DNA of 63,858 bases, counting the filler, from Lama guanicoe (lineage: Eukaryota), in the NCBI GenBank assembly GCA_013239625.1. It is 93 parts of 93 records of this genome, joined end to end, with 100 filler letters (N's around TTAATTAATTAA, not from the genome) between each part and the next. Parts side by side here need not be neighbours in the genome. Positions count along the whole stretch, not along the records: positions 1 to 520 come from PNXV01027774.1; positions 621 to 1,221 come from PNXV01027775.1; positions 1,322 to 2,142 come from PNXV01027776.1; positions 2,243 to 3,106 come from PNXV01027777.1; positions 3,207 to 3,953 come from PNXV01027778.1; positions 4,054 to 4,507 come from PNXV01027781.1; positions 4,608 to 5,350 come from PNXV01027784.1; positions 5,451 to 6,247 come from PNXV01027786.1; 85 more parts are not named here. The stretch is one strand, 5' to 3'. The translations under genes and the position numbers were made by a program. The notes below the pieces were generated by a model, which was not told the origin of the DNA, made no database searches, and saw only the letters and a list, made by a program, of their open reading frames with translations. Shown in pieces: positions 1 through 11,246 of the stretch (position 1 is its first letter; each line of letters begins with the position of its first letter).

Positions 1-480
1 TGTCAATTTCTGGTATACAGCATAATTTTTCAGTTATACCTATACATACTTGTATTCTTTTTCCTTCTAGGTTACCACAAGATATTGGAATACAGTTCCC
101 TGTGCTATGCAGAGGAAACCTGTTGCTTATTCGTTTTATATATAGTAATGAGCATCTGCACGTCCCCAAATCCCAATTAATCCTTTCCCAACCCCTTTCC
201 CCCTCTGCTGACCACTAGTTGGTTTTCTAAGTCTGTGAGACTGTTTCCGATTTATAAATAAGTTCCTTTGTGTCTTTCTGTTTTTTAGATTCCACATGTG
301 AGTGATAGCATATGCTGCTTTTCTTCCTCTCTCTGGCTTCCTTCACTTCGAATGACAGTCTCCTGCGCCATCCATGTTGCTCAGAATGACATTGTTTTAT
401 TCCTTCTTATGGCTGAGTTGGATGCCAGTATATGTGTACACCGCAAGTTCTTTATCCAGGCATCTGTCAGCGGGCAGTCA
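1..480 (-). mobile_element. LINE-1 3' end, diverged, antisense
   Basis: Antisense L1 3' motifs: acagttccctgtgctat, ttttagattccacatgtgagtgatagcatatg, ccatccatgttgct. It is the reverse-complement counterpart of the L1 ends at 16290 and 62884. Confidence 0.85.
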
Positions 481-520
481 GGTTTCCCCAACGACATCGC
501 TCTCTGCACAGGTTTAGGTT

Positions 521-620
521 NNNNNNNNNNNNNNNNNNNNNNNNNNNNNNNNNNNNNNNNNNNNTTAATTAATTAANNNNNNNNNNNNNNNNNNNNNNNN
601 NNNNNNNNNNNNNNNNNNNN
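521..620. other. Artificial contig linker N44-TTAATTAATTAA-N44 (first of about 92 copies)
   Basis: The same 100-bp layout separates all fragments, and the palindromic TTAATTAATTAA core gives stops in all six frames. Confidence 0.99.
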
Positions 621-706
621 TGTTTCCTCTATGTCTTTAATAACAATTTAATTTTTCTGGCACAGGGAAGATAAAATCATTTGTTTCCTCTCTCCTGTTC
701 TTTCAC

Positions 707-1221
707 ATTTGGAGTCCAGATGTAAGACAAAGACATTTTTATTAAAAAAAGAAAAAGAAAAAAGGTTCCTAATGCAAGGTAATTGAAAAAAGTAAAATCC
801 TTGACCCTGAGGACAACATTTTTAGAAATAACTGGCAAAACAAAAGCAAGATTGAGGGAAGGGTCTCCAGGGGGACATTTTAGCTAAATGAAAATAATTT
901 CTGAAAATGTAGCCAATTATAAGCATAAATCTTTTACTGTGTATCAGGGAATTTATAAGAGATGCTCTACAGGTAAAGGGATATGAGTACATCATTGTAG
1001 TTCAGACTTTGCTCATGACGAGAGTTCTTTCTAGTGAGAAAACCTATGAATGTAAAAAAATATGGAAGGGCCTTTGGTGTGCATGAACAATACACTGCAT
1101 ATCTGAAAATTCCTACTGTTATACAAGCTAGTAAATGTCCAAAGCGTAGGGAATGCCTTAGGTTTCCACAGAGACCTTACAGTACACTAGAAATTCATTT
1201 TGATGAGTTGTTATAAATGTA
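707..1221 (+). pseudogene. Decayed last (linker plus C2H2 finger) exon of a KRAB zinc-finger gene
   Basis: A polypyrimidine tract is followed by (D)LESRCKTK, then KSKILDPEDNIFRNNWQNKSKIEG, then finger remnants such as EKTYECKK-YGRAF. There are stops, frameshifts and Cys/His substitutions, and the acceptor reads cac instead of cag. Confidence 0.8.
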
Positions 1222-1321
1222 NNNNNNNNNNNNNNNNNNNNNNNNNNNNNNNNNNNNNNNNNNNNTTAATTAATTAANNNNNNNNNNNNNNNNNNNNNNN
1301 NNNNNNNNNNNNNNNNNNNNN

Positions 1322-2142
1322 GGAAAATGGAGAAATAACAACAAACAAAATAGAAATATAGAATATCATACTTGAATATTATGAAAAACTATGTGGAATC
1401 AAACTGGATAACCTAGAGGAGATGGACAAGTTTCTGGAAACATACTGTCCACCAAAACTGAATCAAGAAGAAACTGAACACTTCAGCAATCCGATCACTA
1501 GAAAGGAAATAGAAATAGCAATTAAAAACCTCCCTACAAATGAAAGTCCACGACCGGATGGCTTCACAGGATAATTCTACCAAACATACAAAAAAGAACT
1601 CATACCAGTCCTTCTCAAACTCTTCCAGTCGATTGAAAAGGAGGGAATACTTCCAAACTCATTCTATGAAGCCACCATCACCCTGATACCAAAACCAGGC
1701 AAAGACACTACAAAAAAAGAGAATTATAGGCCAATATCACTGATGAACATAGACGCCAAAATCCTCACCAAAATTTTAGCAAATAGAATCCAACAACACA
1801 TAAAAAAGATTATACATCATGACCAAGTGGGGTTCATCCCAGGGACACAAGGCTGGTTCAACATACACAAATCAATCAATGTAATACATCACATCAACAA
1901 GAGAAAGGACAAAAACCACATGATCATCTCAATCGATGCAGAAAAAGCATTTGATTAAATTCAACACCCATTTATGATAAAAAACTCTCACCAAAGTGGG
2001 TATGCAGGGAACATATCTCAACATAATAAAAGCTATATATGACAAAACTTCAGCCAGCATATTTCTCAACGGTGAAAAACTCAAAAGCTTCCAACTAAAA
2101 TCTGGGATAAGACAAGGCTGCCCACTATCACCACTCCTATTC
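1322..2142 (+). mobile_element. LINE-1 ORF2 fragment (N-terminal part of reverse transcriptase), disabled
   Basis: Translates to [41 protein letters not shown]...SIDAEKAFD and [13 protein letters not shown]. In-frame stops at 1359-1361 and 1956-1958, and a frameshift near 1980. Confidence 0.97.
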
Positions 2143-2242
2143 NNNNNNNNNNNNNNNNNNNNNNNNNNNNNNNNNNNNNNNNNNNNTTAATTAATTAANN
2201 NNNNNNNNNNNNNNNNNNNNNNNNNNNNNNNNNNNNNNNNNN

Positions 2243-3106
2243 ATATATATGTATGGATTGGGGTTTGCAACTGAAAAGAAACTTTGTGTTAACATAAAGC
2301 TGGGTGAAGTACGGCTTTCACACAAACTTATCTCTCAGAACTGAGAATGTGGAGAGACGTTCGTTCATCCAGCACAAAGGGAACGGGTTGCAGGAGAAAC
2401 CCTTACTCTGGTTTCTCAGTCTGTTTCCTAGTGCCGGTTGGAAGTTCCTGGGGTTTTCACAGTAAAACCTAGTTTGAACGTGTACCTCCCCATATATATG
2501 TATGTACTGGAGTTAGGAACTGAAAGGAAACTTTGTGTTCCCTTCAAGCTAGGTGAAGGACGGCTTTCACACACACTTATCTCTCAGAACTGAGCATGTG
2601 GAGAGACGTTCGTTCATCCAGCACAAAGGGAACGGGCTGCAGGAGAAACACTTACTATGGTTTCTCAGTCTGTGTCCTAGGGCCGGTTTGAAGTGCCTGC
2701 GGTTTCAATGTAAAACTGAGTTGGAGCTTGTACCTCCCCATATATATAATATGGAGTGGAGTTTGCACCTGTAAAGAAAATATGTGTTCCTTTCAAGCTA
2801 GGTGAAGGACGGCTTTCACACACAATTATCTCTCAGAACTGAGCATGTGGGGAGACGATCGTTCATTCAGTAAAATGGGAAAGAGTTGCATGGGAAAAAA
2901 TTACTCTGTTTTCTCAATCTTTTTCAAGTGCCGGTGGGAAATTCCTGTGTTTTTCCAAGTAAAACCTAGTTGGAGCCCATACCTCCCGATATATATGTAT
3001 TTACTGGAGTTAGGAAATTAAAGGAAAGTTTGTGTTCCCTTCAAGCAAGTTCAAAGTTGGCCTTCACACACACATATCTCTCAGAACTGAGCATGTGGAG
3101 AGACGT
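2243..3106 (+). repeat. 249-bp satellite, about 3.5 monomers
   Basis: The gtggagagacg landmark recurs at about 2351, 2600, 2849 and 3097 (period 249/249/248). Confidence 0.97.
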
Positions 3107-3206
3107 NNNNNNNNNNNNNNNNNNNNNNNNNNNNNNNNNNNNNNNNNNNNTTAATTAATTAANNNNNNNNNNNNNNNNNNNNNNNNNNNNNNNNNNNNNN
3201 NNNNNN

Positions 3207-3953
3207 TTTGTGTTGGATGAACGAACGTCTTTCTACATGCTCAGTTCTGAGAGATTAGGGTGTGTGAAAACCGTCCTTCACCTACCTTGAAGGGAACACA
3301 AAGTTACTTTTAAGTTGCCAACTCCACTCCATACATATATATGGGGTGGTACAAGCTCCAACTCAGTTTACAGTGAAAACGGCAGGCACTTCAAACCGGC
3401 ACTAGGAAAAAGTCTGAGAAACCAGAGTAAGTGTTTCTCCTGCAACCCATTCCCTTTGTGCTGGATGAACGAACGTCTTTCTACATGCTCAGTTCTGAGA
3501 GATAAGTGTGTGTGAAAGCCGTCCTTCACCTAGCTTGCAGGGAACACAAAGTTATTTTTCAGTTGCCAACTCCACTCAATACATATATATGGTTAGGTAC
3601 AAGATCCATCTCGCTTTTACAGTGATAACGGCAGGCACTTCAAACCGGCACTAGGAAAAAGTCTGAGAAACCAGAGTAAGTGTTTCTCCTGCAACCCATT
3701 CCCTTTGTGCTGGATGAACGAACGTCTCTCCACATGCTCAGTTCTGAGAGATAAGTGTGTGTGAAAGCCCTCCTTCACCTAGCTTGAAGGGAACACAAAG
3801 TTTCTTTTCAGTTGCCAACTCCACTCCATACATATATATGGGGAGGTACAAGCTCCAACTCTTTTTTACAGTGAAAACTCCAGGCACTCGAAACCGGCAC
3901 AAGAAAACAGACTAAGAAACCAGAGTAAGTGTTACTCCTGCAACCCGTTCCCT
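3207..3953 (-). repeat. 249-bp satellite, 3 monomers, opposite orientation
   Basis: Reverse complement of the 2243 unit (ggatgaacgaacgtct, gggaacacaaag), with a period of about 249 bp. Confidence 0.97.
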
Positions 3954-4626
3954 NNNNNNNNNNNNNNNNNNNNNNNNNNNNNNNNNNNNNNNNNNNNTTA
4001 ATTAATTAANNNNNNNNNNNNNNNNNNNNNNNNNNNNNNNNNNNNNNNNNNNNTTGTTATTATTTTAAATATATTTTCTTTATAATTATTATTTGTTCCT
4101 TATGAGACCCTTACAGAGGCAGTTGTTAAGAAACGGGGCTATTATACTGTTACTGAAGTGTTAATTCAGTAGAAGCGTGGTAATAGTATTAATAAGTACT
4201 CACTCGTTTGATTCTCACATGACTATAAAGGTCACCCAGCAGTGCTTATATAATGGAGATAGAAATCTATCCATTTAAGAGATTGTAGAACCTAAAATAA
4301 GAGCAGTCATTCCACCGTATTTGACCATATATTCCAGACTATCAGGTTAAAGTAGAAACTACCTTATGAGGCCATACAAACCCTTTGTGCATCCCCAATC
4401 ATTCATTACTTTCCTGGTTCCCTGGGGCAGAGGTTCTTCCAGGAGGTGGCCCCATCCCTCCTCCCCACCACACCTTTGGCCTTTGCAACCCACTGTTGGT
4501 CATTAGCNNNNNNNNNNNNNNNNNNNNNNNNNNNNNNNNNNNNNNNNNNNNTTAATTAATTAANNNNNNNNNNNNNNNNNNNNNNNNNNNNNNNNNNNNN
4601 NNNNNNNACACCATTACCACCACCTG

Positions 4627-4628
<2 letters not shown>

Positions 4629-4664
<36 letters not shown>
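4629..4664 (+). repeat. (GT)n microsatellite
   Basis: Uninterrupted GT run visible in the sequence. Confidence 0.95.
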
Positions 4665-4667
<3 letters not shown>

Positions 4668-4689
4668 GATAGATGTGTTTATATATATA

Positions 4690-4812
4690 TGTTTTTGATA
4701 ACAGCCATTCTAAGAGGTGTGAGGTGATAACTCAATGTGATTTTGATATACACTTCCCTGATAAGTAGTGATGTTGAGTACCTTTTCATGTACCATCTGT
4801 ATGTCTTCTTTG
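4690..4812 (-). mobile_element. Short LINE-1 ORF2 C-terminal fragment
   Basis: The minus strand gives MKRYSTSLLIREVYIKITLSYHLTPLRMAVIK, the L1 ORF2 segment IREMQIKTTMRYHLTPVRMAII. Confidence 0.85.
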
Positions 4813-5450
4813 GCAATGGAGGGAAAAATGATACAACTGTTCTTAAAGAGTTTAATTCAAATATGTCCTGCAATGAAAAATGCTTCCTTCTTTTCAAGGT
4901 CAATCAGTATTTGTGGAAAGCTTATATGTGACAGCACTCTTGACCTCAAGAAAAAATTAACACAGAGGACAGATTACAGTCCTCTGATGCTGATGAAAAA
5001 AATTGCTAAGACACTTCAAGAAGCACTGTACTTAATCACTGTTCTGTAACTTTAAAAAATTAGAGATTATATAGCTGAGAAGGATAAGAACTTTTCACAG
5101 TGACTTCTGCTATAAAGTGTAATTTTTAAGAGTGTATAGAATGATGACTTAACACATGTATATGTTGCAAAATGATGACCAGGGTGTGATTTCTGGTGTC
5201 AAGTCATGGGTAATTTCCACTACATCACAACAGCCTCTTTCCAAGATAGGGCAGACGTTAATGTGTTCTAGGTAGAAGCATACATATTGTGCTGTAGAAA
5301 CGAGGAAAGAATGAATGGAATTCTGAATTAGAAAGACAGGAAGGAAGGACNNNNNNNNNNNNNNNNNNNNNNNNNNNNNNNNNNNNNNNNNNNNTTAATT
5401 AATTAANNNNNNNNNNNNNNNNNNNNNNNNNNNNNNNNNNNNNNNNNNNN

Positions 5451-6247
5451 TTTCCGTTAGAACCCACTTGCTGCCGACCGTTGGTGGAACCTCCCCACGT
5501 TCAGGATTCCGGAAACACTGTCAGTGCGTGGGGGAGTTCGAGAGACAACTCCAGGCAGCTCTCTTCAGTCACACGTGTTCCCTGTTCGGGGAAGTCCGAG
5601 AAATACCTTCTCTGACCTTGGGGAGGCAGCCTCTGTCCCTGGGACTTCCTGCAAACCCCCCTAGCATTCCCTGGCACAGAGACATTAGGAAAACCCTCAG
5701 GGGAGACGAGCTTAGGCTTTCCGTTAGAACCCACTTGCTGCCGACCGTTGGTGGAACCTCCCCACGCTCAGGATTCCGGAACCATTGTCAGTGCGTGGGG
5801 GAGCTCGAGAGACAACTCCACGCAGCTCTCTTCAGTCACAGGTGTTCCCTGTTCGGGGAAGTCCGAGATATAACTACCCTGACCTTGGGGAGGAAGCCTC
5901 TTTCACTGGGATATCCTACAAACCCCCCTAGCATTCCCTGGCACAGAGACATTAGGAAAACCCTCAGGGGAGACGAGCTAAGGCATTCCGTTAGAACCCA
6001 CGCGCTGCCGACCGTTGGTGGAACCTCCCCACGCTCAGGATTCCGGAACCATTGTCAGTGCGTGGGGGAGCTCGAGAGACAACTCCACGCAGCTCTCTTC
6101 AGTCACAGGTGTTCCCTGTTCGGGAAGTCCGAGAAATACCTTCCCTGACCTTGGGGAGGCAGACTCTGTCACAGGGATATCCTGCAAACCCCCCTAGAAT
6201 TCGCTGGCACAGAGACATTAGGAAAACCCTCAGGGGAGACGAGCTTA
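5451..6247 (+). repeat. 267-bp CpG-rich satellite, 3 monomers
   Basis: The aacccac landmark is at 5461, 5728 and 5995 (period 267). Confidence 0.98.
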
Positions 6248-7015
6248 NNNNNNNNNNNNNNNNNNNNNNNNNNNNNNNNNNNNNNNNNNNNTTAATTAAT
6301 TAANNNNNNNNNNNNNNNNNNNNNNNNNNNNNNNNNNNNNNNNNNNNTGAGGAGGTTGGAGGTGGGGTCTGTGGCCAAGGTCGTCCAGCCTCTGCCTGTG
6401 TCCCTTCAGACCCCTGCACTGTGTTTATGCAAAGGACCTCAAAGTGTTTTCTCTTCCAGGAGCCTGCACCTGGCTCTCCCTCCCTTGCTACATCTTCAAA
6501 GCACCAACCTGAATTCTTATATGGTCCCTGTCAAGTAGACACTATGACTTCAATTTTAAACTTGGAAAAGCTAAGACAGGAGTTTGGTGACTTTCACAAA
6601 TTCACAGAACACATCACCATTGCACTTGTCAGGATACAGTGCGCTTCATTCAATGACCTGATCTTGCCATTCATTCAATGAACTTAAAGTCACTAATCTT
6701 TGATCCTCCATCTTCCCATTGGCCAAAAAGTGAGTTATTCTAAAACCTAGTCAACAATGATCACTAAACTCTGCCCAAAGCTATACTATGGTTTATTTAT
6801 GCATCTAATTTATATATACCCATCTTTGTAATGTGAAATATTTTTAGGTGTCACGTTTATGGTGTAAGTCTTACTACCTTTTCTTCTCAATTAGAATTTG
6901 ATCTTAACCTCAGAGNNNNNNNNNNNNNNNNNNNNNNNNNNNNNNNNNNNNNNNNNNNNTTAATTAATTAANNNNNNNNNNNNNNNNNNNNNNNNNNNNN
7001 NNNNNNNNNNNNNNN

Positions 7016-7243
7016 AGGGAGGGCACATCCAGCCTTCCTCTGCCTTTTGTTCTATTCAGGCCCTTAACAGATTGCATGATGGCCACTCACACTGGGGAGG
7101 GCCATCTGCTTTACTCAGTCCACCAACTCAAATGCTAATGTCTTCCAGAAACACCCTCATAGACACAATCAGAAATAACACTTCATCAGATACCTGGATA
7201 TCCCATGGCCCGGTCAAGTTAACATGTAAAATTAACCATCACA
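7016..7243 (-). mobile_element. ERV-L LTR (MLT2 type), 5' end
   Basis: The minus strand begins tgtgatggttaattttacatgttaacttgac and contains gactgagtaaagcagatggccctcccca and ggcctgaatagaacaaaagg, matching the MLT2 5' end as I recall it. Confidence 0.85.
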
Positions 7244-8019
7244 AGTAGGTAGGAAAAAGGAGGGACAAGAGGAGCATTTTTAGAATCAGTAACTAAACTA
7301 ATGCTGATGTTGATCAATCAAGATATAATGGTATAAACCCAGAGAACATGGTAACCATTTCCATCTCTTGTCAGTGGAAACTAGAGCAACACTTAAACAT
7401 CCAACTAGTTGTCAATACTGAGGAGACAGGTGAAGAAGAAAAACACAGGATCAAGATGAAGCAGAAACCATGGAAATCGCATCAGGGCTAGATGGTTGAG
7501 AGTAAGTAGACCAGAGAGAATTTCCTGAGCTAAAAGGGAGAGTACTTACAGGAACATTTCATAGAGTGTGGTGCCCAGGAAAAGAAAGAGTGCTTTAGGT
7601 CATTTTGCCAGGCAGCCCTCCACTCTGATGCAAATGTAGAAAAGATAAAGCACACACATTCTTTGCTTGTAGTTTAAATTTACACAATACTGTGAAAGCT
7701 AATTTATCAACACTTCATTCATTCAGTCAAGAGTTTTTATGTGCTTATTATATATCAAGTACTTTTGAACTGATGGAACAAAGATTTAAAAATTTTCTCC
7801 CAATAAATATAAAAGTAATTGGCTTAGGGATTCACAGGTAGACTCTGGTAAGGAGACATAGGCATGTAGTGATTCAACTTGATAAAATGCTAGAGGTGCT
7901 GTGACAGGATTGTGTCCAGNNNNNNNNNNNNNNNNNNNNNNNNNNNNNNNNNNNNNNNNNNNNTTAATTAATTAANNNNNNNNNNNNNNNNNNNNNNNNN
8001 NNNNNNNNNNNNNNNNNNN

Positions 8020-8464
8020 AATAATCTGATTTAAAAAGTGAGAGACTACCTAAATACACATTTTTTAAGAAGACACATGGATGACCAAGAGATGTATGAA
8101 AAAATACTAAACATCTTTAAACATCAGGAAGATGGAAATCAAAACCACCATGAGATATCACCTCACATCTGTCAGAATGCTGTCATCAAACACACACACA
8201 CAAAAGAAATAACAAGCATTGTGGAGGATGTGGAGAAGAGGGAACCCTTGGTAGAAAGGTAAACTGGTGCAGCTATGATGAAAATGAGCATGAAGATTCT
8301 TCAAAAAATTAAAAATAGGACTGCCATACAATCCAGCAATTCCACTCAGTTTATTTGACCAAAGAATACAAAAACATTAATTGAAAATATATATTTACCA
8401 TAATGTTTGCAGCACCATTATTTCCAATAGCCAAGATATGGAAGCAAACTTTGTGTTCATTCAT
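8020..8464 (+). mobile_element. Old LINE-1 ORF2 3' fragment
   Basis: Contains gagatatcacctcacatctgtcagaatg, ggaggatgtggagaagagggaaccct, ccagcaattccact and atagccaagatatggaagcaa. Confidence 0.9.
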
Positions 8465-8564
8465 NNNNNNNNNNNNNNNNNNNNNNNNNNNNNNNNNNNN
8501 NNNNNNNNTTAATTAATTAANNNNNNNNNNNNNNNNNNNNNNNNNNNNNNNNNNNNNNNNNNNN

Positions 8565-9142
8565 TGTGTGTGTGTGTGTGTGTGTATAGAGAGAGAGATC
8601 TACAGCTAGCTATCTAGAGAGATATTAATTACATGAATTGCCTTATGTGATTATGGAGGATCAGTTCCAACATACGCCACCTGTAAGCTGGAGAAAGCAG
8701 GAAAGCCAGTGGTGATGTAATTCAGTCCTGGTTCGAAGCCCTGAGAACCAGGGGACACTGATGGTACAAGTCTTGATCTGAGTCCGAAGGCCTGAGAACT
8801 GAGATGTGGAGCTTGTGGAGGGGTATACGGGTGATGGTGTAAGGCTTGGTCCAAAGGCCTGAGAACCAAAACCACCAATGACCAAGCATGAGAGAAAATT
8901 GAATGGATGTCTCAGCTCAAATAGAAAGAGAGAATTTCCCCCACCCCCCGCCTTTGTGAGTTATTCAGACCTTCAGCAGAGGGGAGGCTGCCACACCGGG
9001 GAAGGCTGTCTCTTTGCCTAGCTCACCAATGCTAATGCTAACCTCTTGTGGAATCACCTTCTCGACACATGCAGAAATATTTTACCAGCTACCTGGCCAT
9101 CCCTTAGCCCAGTGAAGTTGACACATAAAATTAACCATCACA
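8565..9142 (-). mobile_element. ERV-L LTR (MLT2 type) with an internal (GT)n(GA)n tract
   Basis: Ends in aagttgacacataaaattaaccatcaca, like the copy at 7016-7243, and contains gtgattatggagg...agctggaga...ggaaagccagtggtg. Confidence 0.85.
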
Positions 9143-9892
9143 ACAATGAAAAAATGTTTTCCAAAATGCCGTTTCCCATTTTGCATGCTGTCCGTCAGTG
9201 CGTGACAGTTCCACTTACTCTCAGGGGTCACCCCCCCACCTGATACTGTCATACACGTGACTTTAGAGTGTCACATAACTCTTGTCTGAGCAAAGATGGA
9301 CTATTCACGCTCATGATGAGTAATGTTCAAAGCAAATCTTTACAGATGAAAACTTAGGCCACTATATTTCTCTTAATGAAAGAAGTTAATTCACTTGGGG
9401 ACCCCAGAAAGTGCGGTGTTATTTATTTATTTATTTTTTTCTCATACTGAACCACTTATGGAGGAGACTAAAATCTACCAAGGTTNNNNNNNNNNNNNNN
9501 NNNNNNNNNNNNNNNNNNNNNNNNNNNNNTTAATTAATTAANNNNNNNNNNNNNNNNNNNNNNNNNNNNNNNNNNNNNNNNNNNNAATCATCCTAAAATT
9601 TATATGGAATCACAAAACACTCAGAATTGCCAAAACATTACTGAAGAAAAAAAGGCTGGGTTGGAGCCTAAATGTACAGACTGGGAGAGAACAGGATTTT
9701 AACTACTCTGACCATTTCCTGCTGAATGAAACACAGGCTGAACCCTCACATTTCAAAAGTGCCCAGTTGGTGAAAAGACCCACTGCAGGGAGNNNNNNNN
9801 NNNNNNNNNNNNNNNNNNNNNNNNNNNNNNNNNNNNTTAATTAATTAANNNNNNNNNNNNNNNNNNNNNNNNNNNNNNNNNNNNNNNNNNNN

Positions 9893-10708
9893 CTGAATAT
9901 AAAATTTAGAATATAGAATGAAGAACACAGAATTTAGAATATGGAAATCAGAATATAGAAGCCAGTATATAGAACATGGAATGCAGAACACAGAATTTAG
10001 AATATAGAATACAGAATACTGAATATAGAATTTAGAATATAGAATGAAGAACACAGAATTTAGAATATGGAAATCAGAATATAGAAGCCAGTATATAGAA
10101 CATGGAATGCAGAACACAGAATTTAGAATATAGAATACAGAATACTGAATATAGAATTTAGAATATAGAATGAAGAACACAGAATTTAGAATATGGAAAT
10201 CAGAATATAGAAGCCAGTATATAGAACATGGAATGCAGAACACAGAATTTAGAATATAGAATACAGAATACTGAATAAAGTATTTAGAACATGGAATGCA
10301 GAACACAGAATTTAGAATATAGAATACAGAATACTGAATATAGAATTTAGAATATAGAATGAAGAACACAGAGTATAGCATATAGAATACGGAATATTGA
10401 ATATAAAATTTAAAATATAGAATTTATAACACACAATATAGAATATAGAATACGGAATGCAGAATATAGAATACAGAATATAGAATGTAGAACACAGAAA
10501 ATAGAAAATAGAATAGAGAATATAGAAACCAGAATTTAGAACATGGAATGCAGAACACAGAATTAAGAATATAGAATACAGAATACTGAATAGAGAATAT
10601 AGAATAAAGAATGTACAACACAGAATTTAGGATGTAGAATATAGAATACTAAATATAGTATTTAGAATTTAGAATGTAGAACACAGAAAATAGAAAATAG
10701 AATAGAGA
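9893..10708 (+). repeat. AGAATAT heptamer satellite with a 126-bp higher-order unit
   Basis: The gccag landmark is at 9961, 10087 and 10213 (126 = 18 x 7). Confidence 0.97.
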
Positions 10709-10808
10709 NNNNNNNNNNNNNNNNNNNNNNNNNNNNNNNNNNNNNNNNNNNNTTAATTAATTAANNNNNNNNNNNNNNNNNNNNNNNNNNNNNNNNNNNN
10801 NNNNNNNN

Positions 10809-11246
10809 GAACCTCCCCACGCTCAGGATTCCGAAATCATTGTCAGTGCGTCGGGGAAGTGGAGAGACAACTCCACGAAGCTCTCTTCATTCACAGGTAT
10901 TCCTTGTTCGGGGAAGTCCGAGAAATACATTCCCTGACCTTGGGGAGGCAGCCTCTGCCACTGGGAATTCCTTCAAACACCCCTACGATTCCCTGGCACA
11001 GAGACATTAGGAAAACCCTCAAGGGAGACGAGCTTAGGCATTCCGTTAGAACCCACGCGCTGCCGACCGTTGGTGGAACCTCCCCACGCTCAGGATTCCG
11101 GAACCATTGTCAGTGCGTGGGGGAGCTCGAGAGACAACTCCACGCAGCTCTCCTCAGTCACAGGTGTTCCCTGCAAGGGGAAGTCCGAGAAATATCCTTC
11201 CTGACCTTGGGGAGGCAGCCTCTGCCACTGGGAATTCCTTCAAACA
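10809..11246 (+). repeat. 267-bp satellite, about 1.6 monomers
   Basis: Same unit as 5451-6247. Confidence 0.97.

Noticed and set aside
565..576. Regularly spaced identical TTAATTAATTAA palindromes separating unique sequences, superficially like a CRISPR or cassette array
   Set aside because: They are always embedded in exactly 44+44 N's, so this is an assembly linker. ORFs ending in XXX-LIN or XXX-N are by-products.
2553..2774. Recurrent ORF MKDGFHTHLSLR (also 31680)
   Set aside because: It is a translation of the 249-bp satellite, interrupted by stops in each monomer.
5584..5600. CENP-B-box-like GTTCGGGGAAGTCCGAG in the 267-bp satellite
   Set aside because: It matches only 7 of the 9 core positions of TTCG-N4-A-N2-CGGG (CCGA instead of CGGG), so it is not a canonical box.
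5468..6148. 226-aa repetitive ORF, with the same peptide at 10859, 23229 and 50249
   Set aside because: 267 bp equals 89 codons, so a stop-free frame in a GC-rich monomer repeats automatically. There is no ATG start or known domain, and the frame is stopped in the 23194 variant.
9845..10381. Hydrophobic Y/S/I/L/F-rich ORFs (also 12035, 17663, 19522, 28188) resembling membrane proteins
   Set aside because: They are translations of the pyrimidine strand of the heptamer satellite, which rarely forms stop codons.
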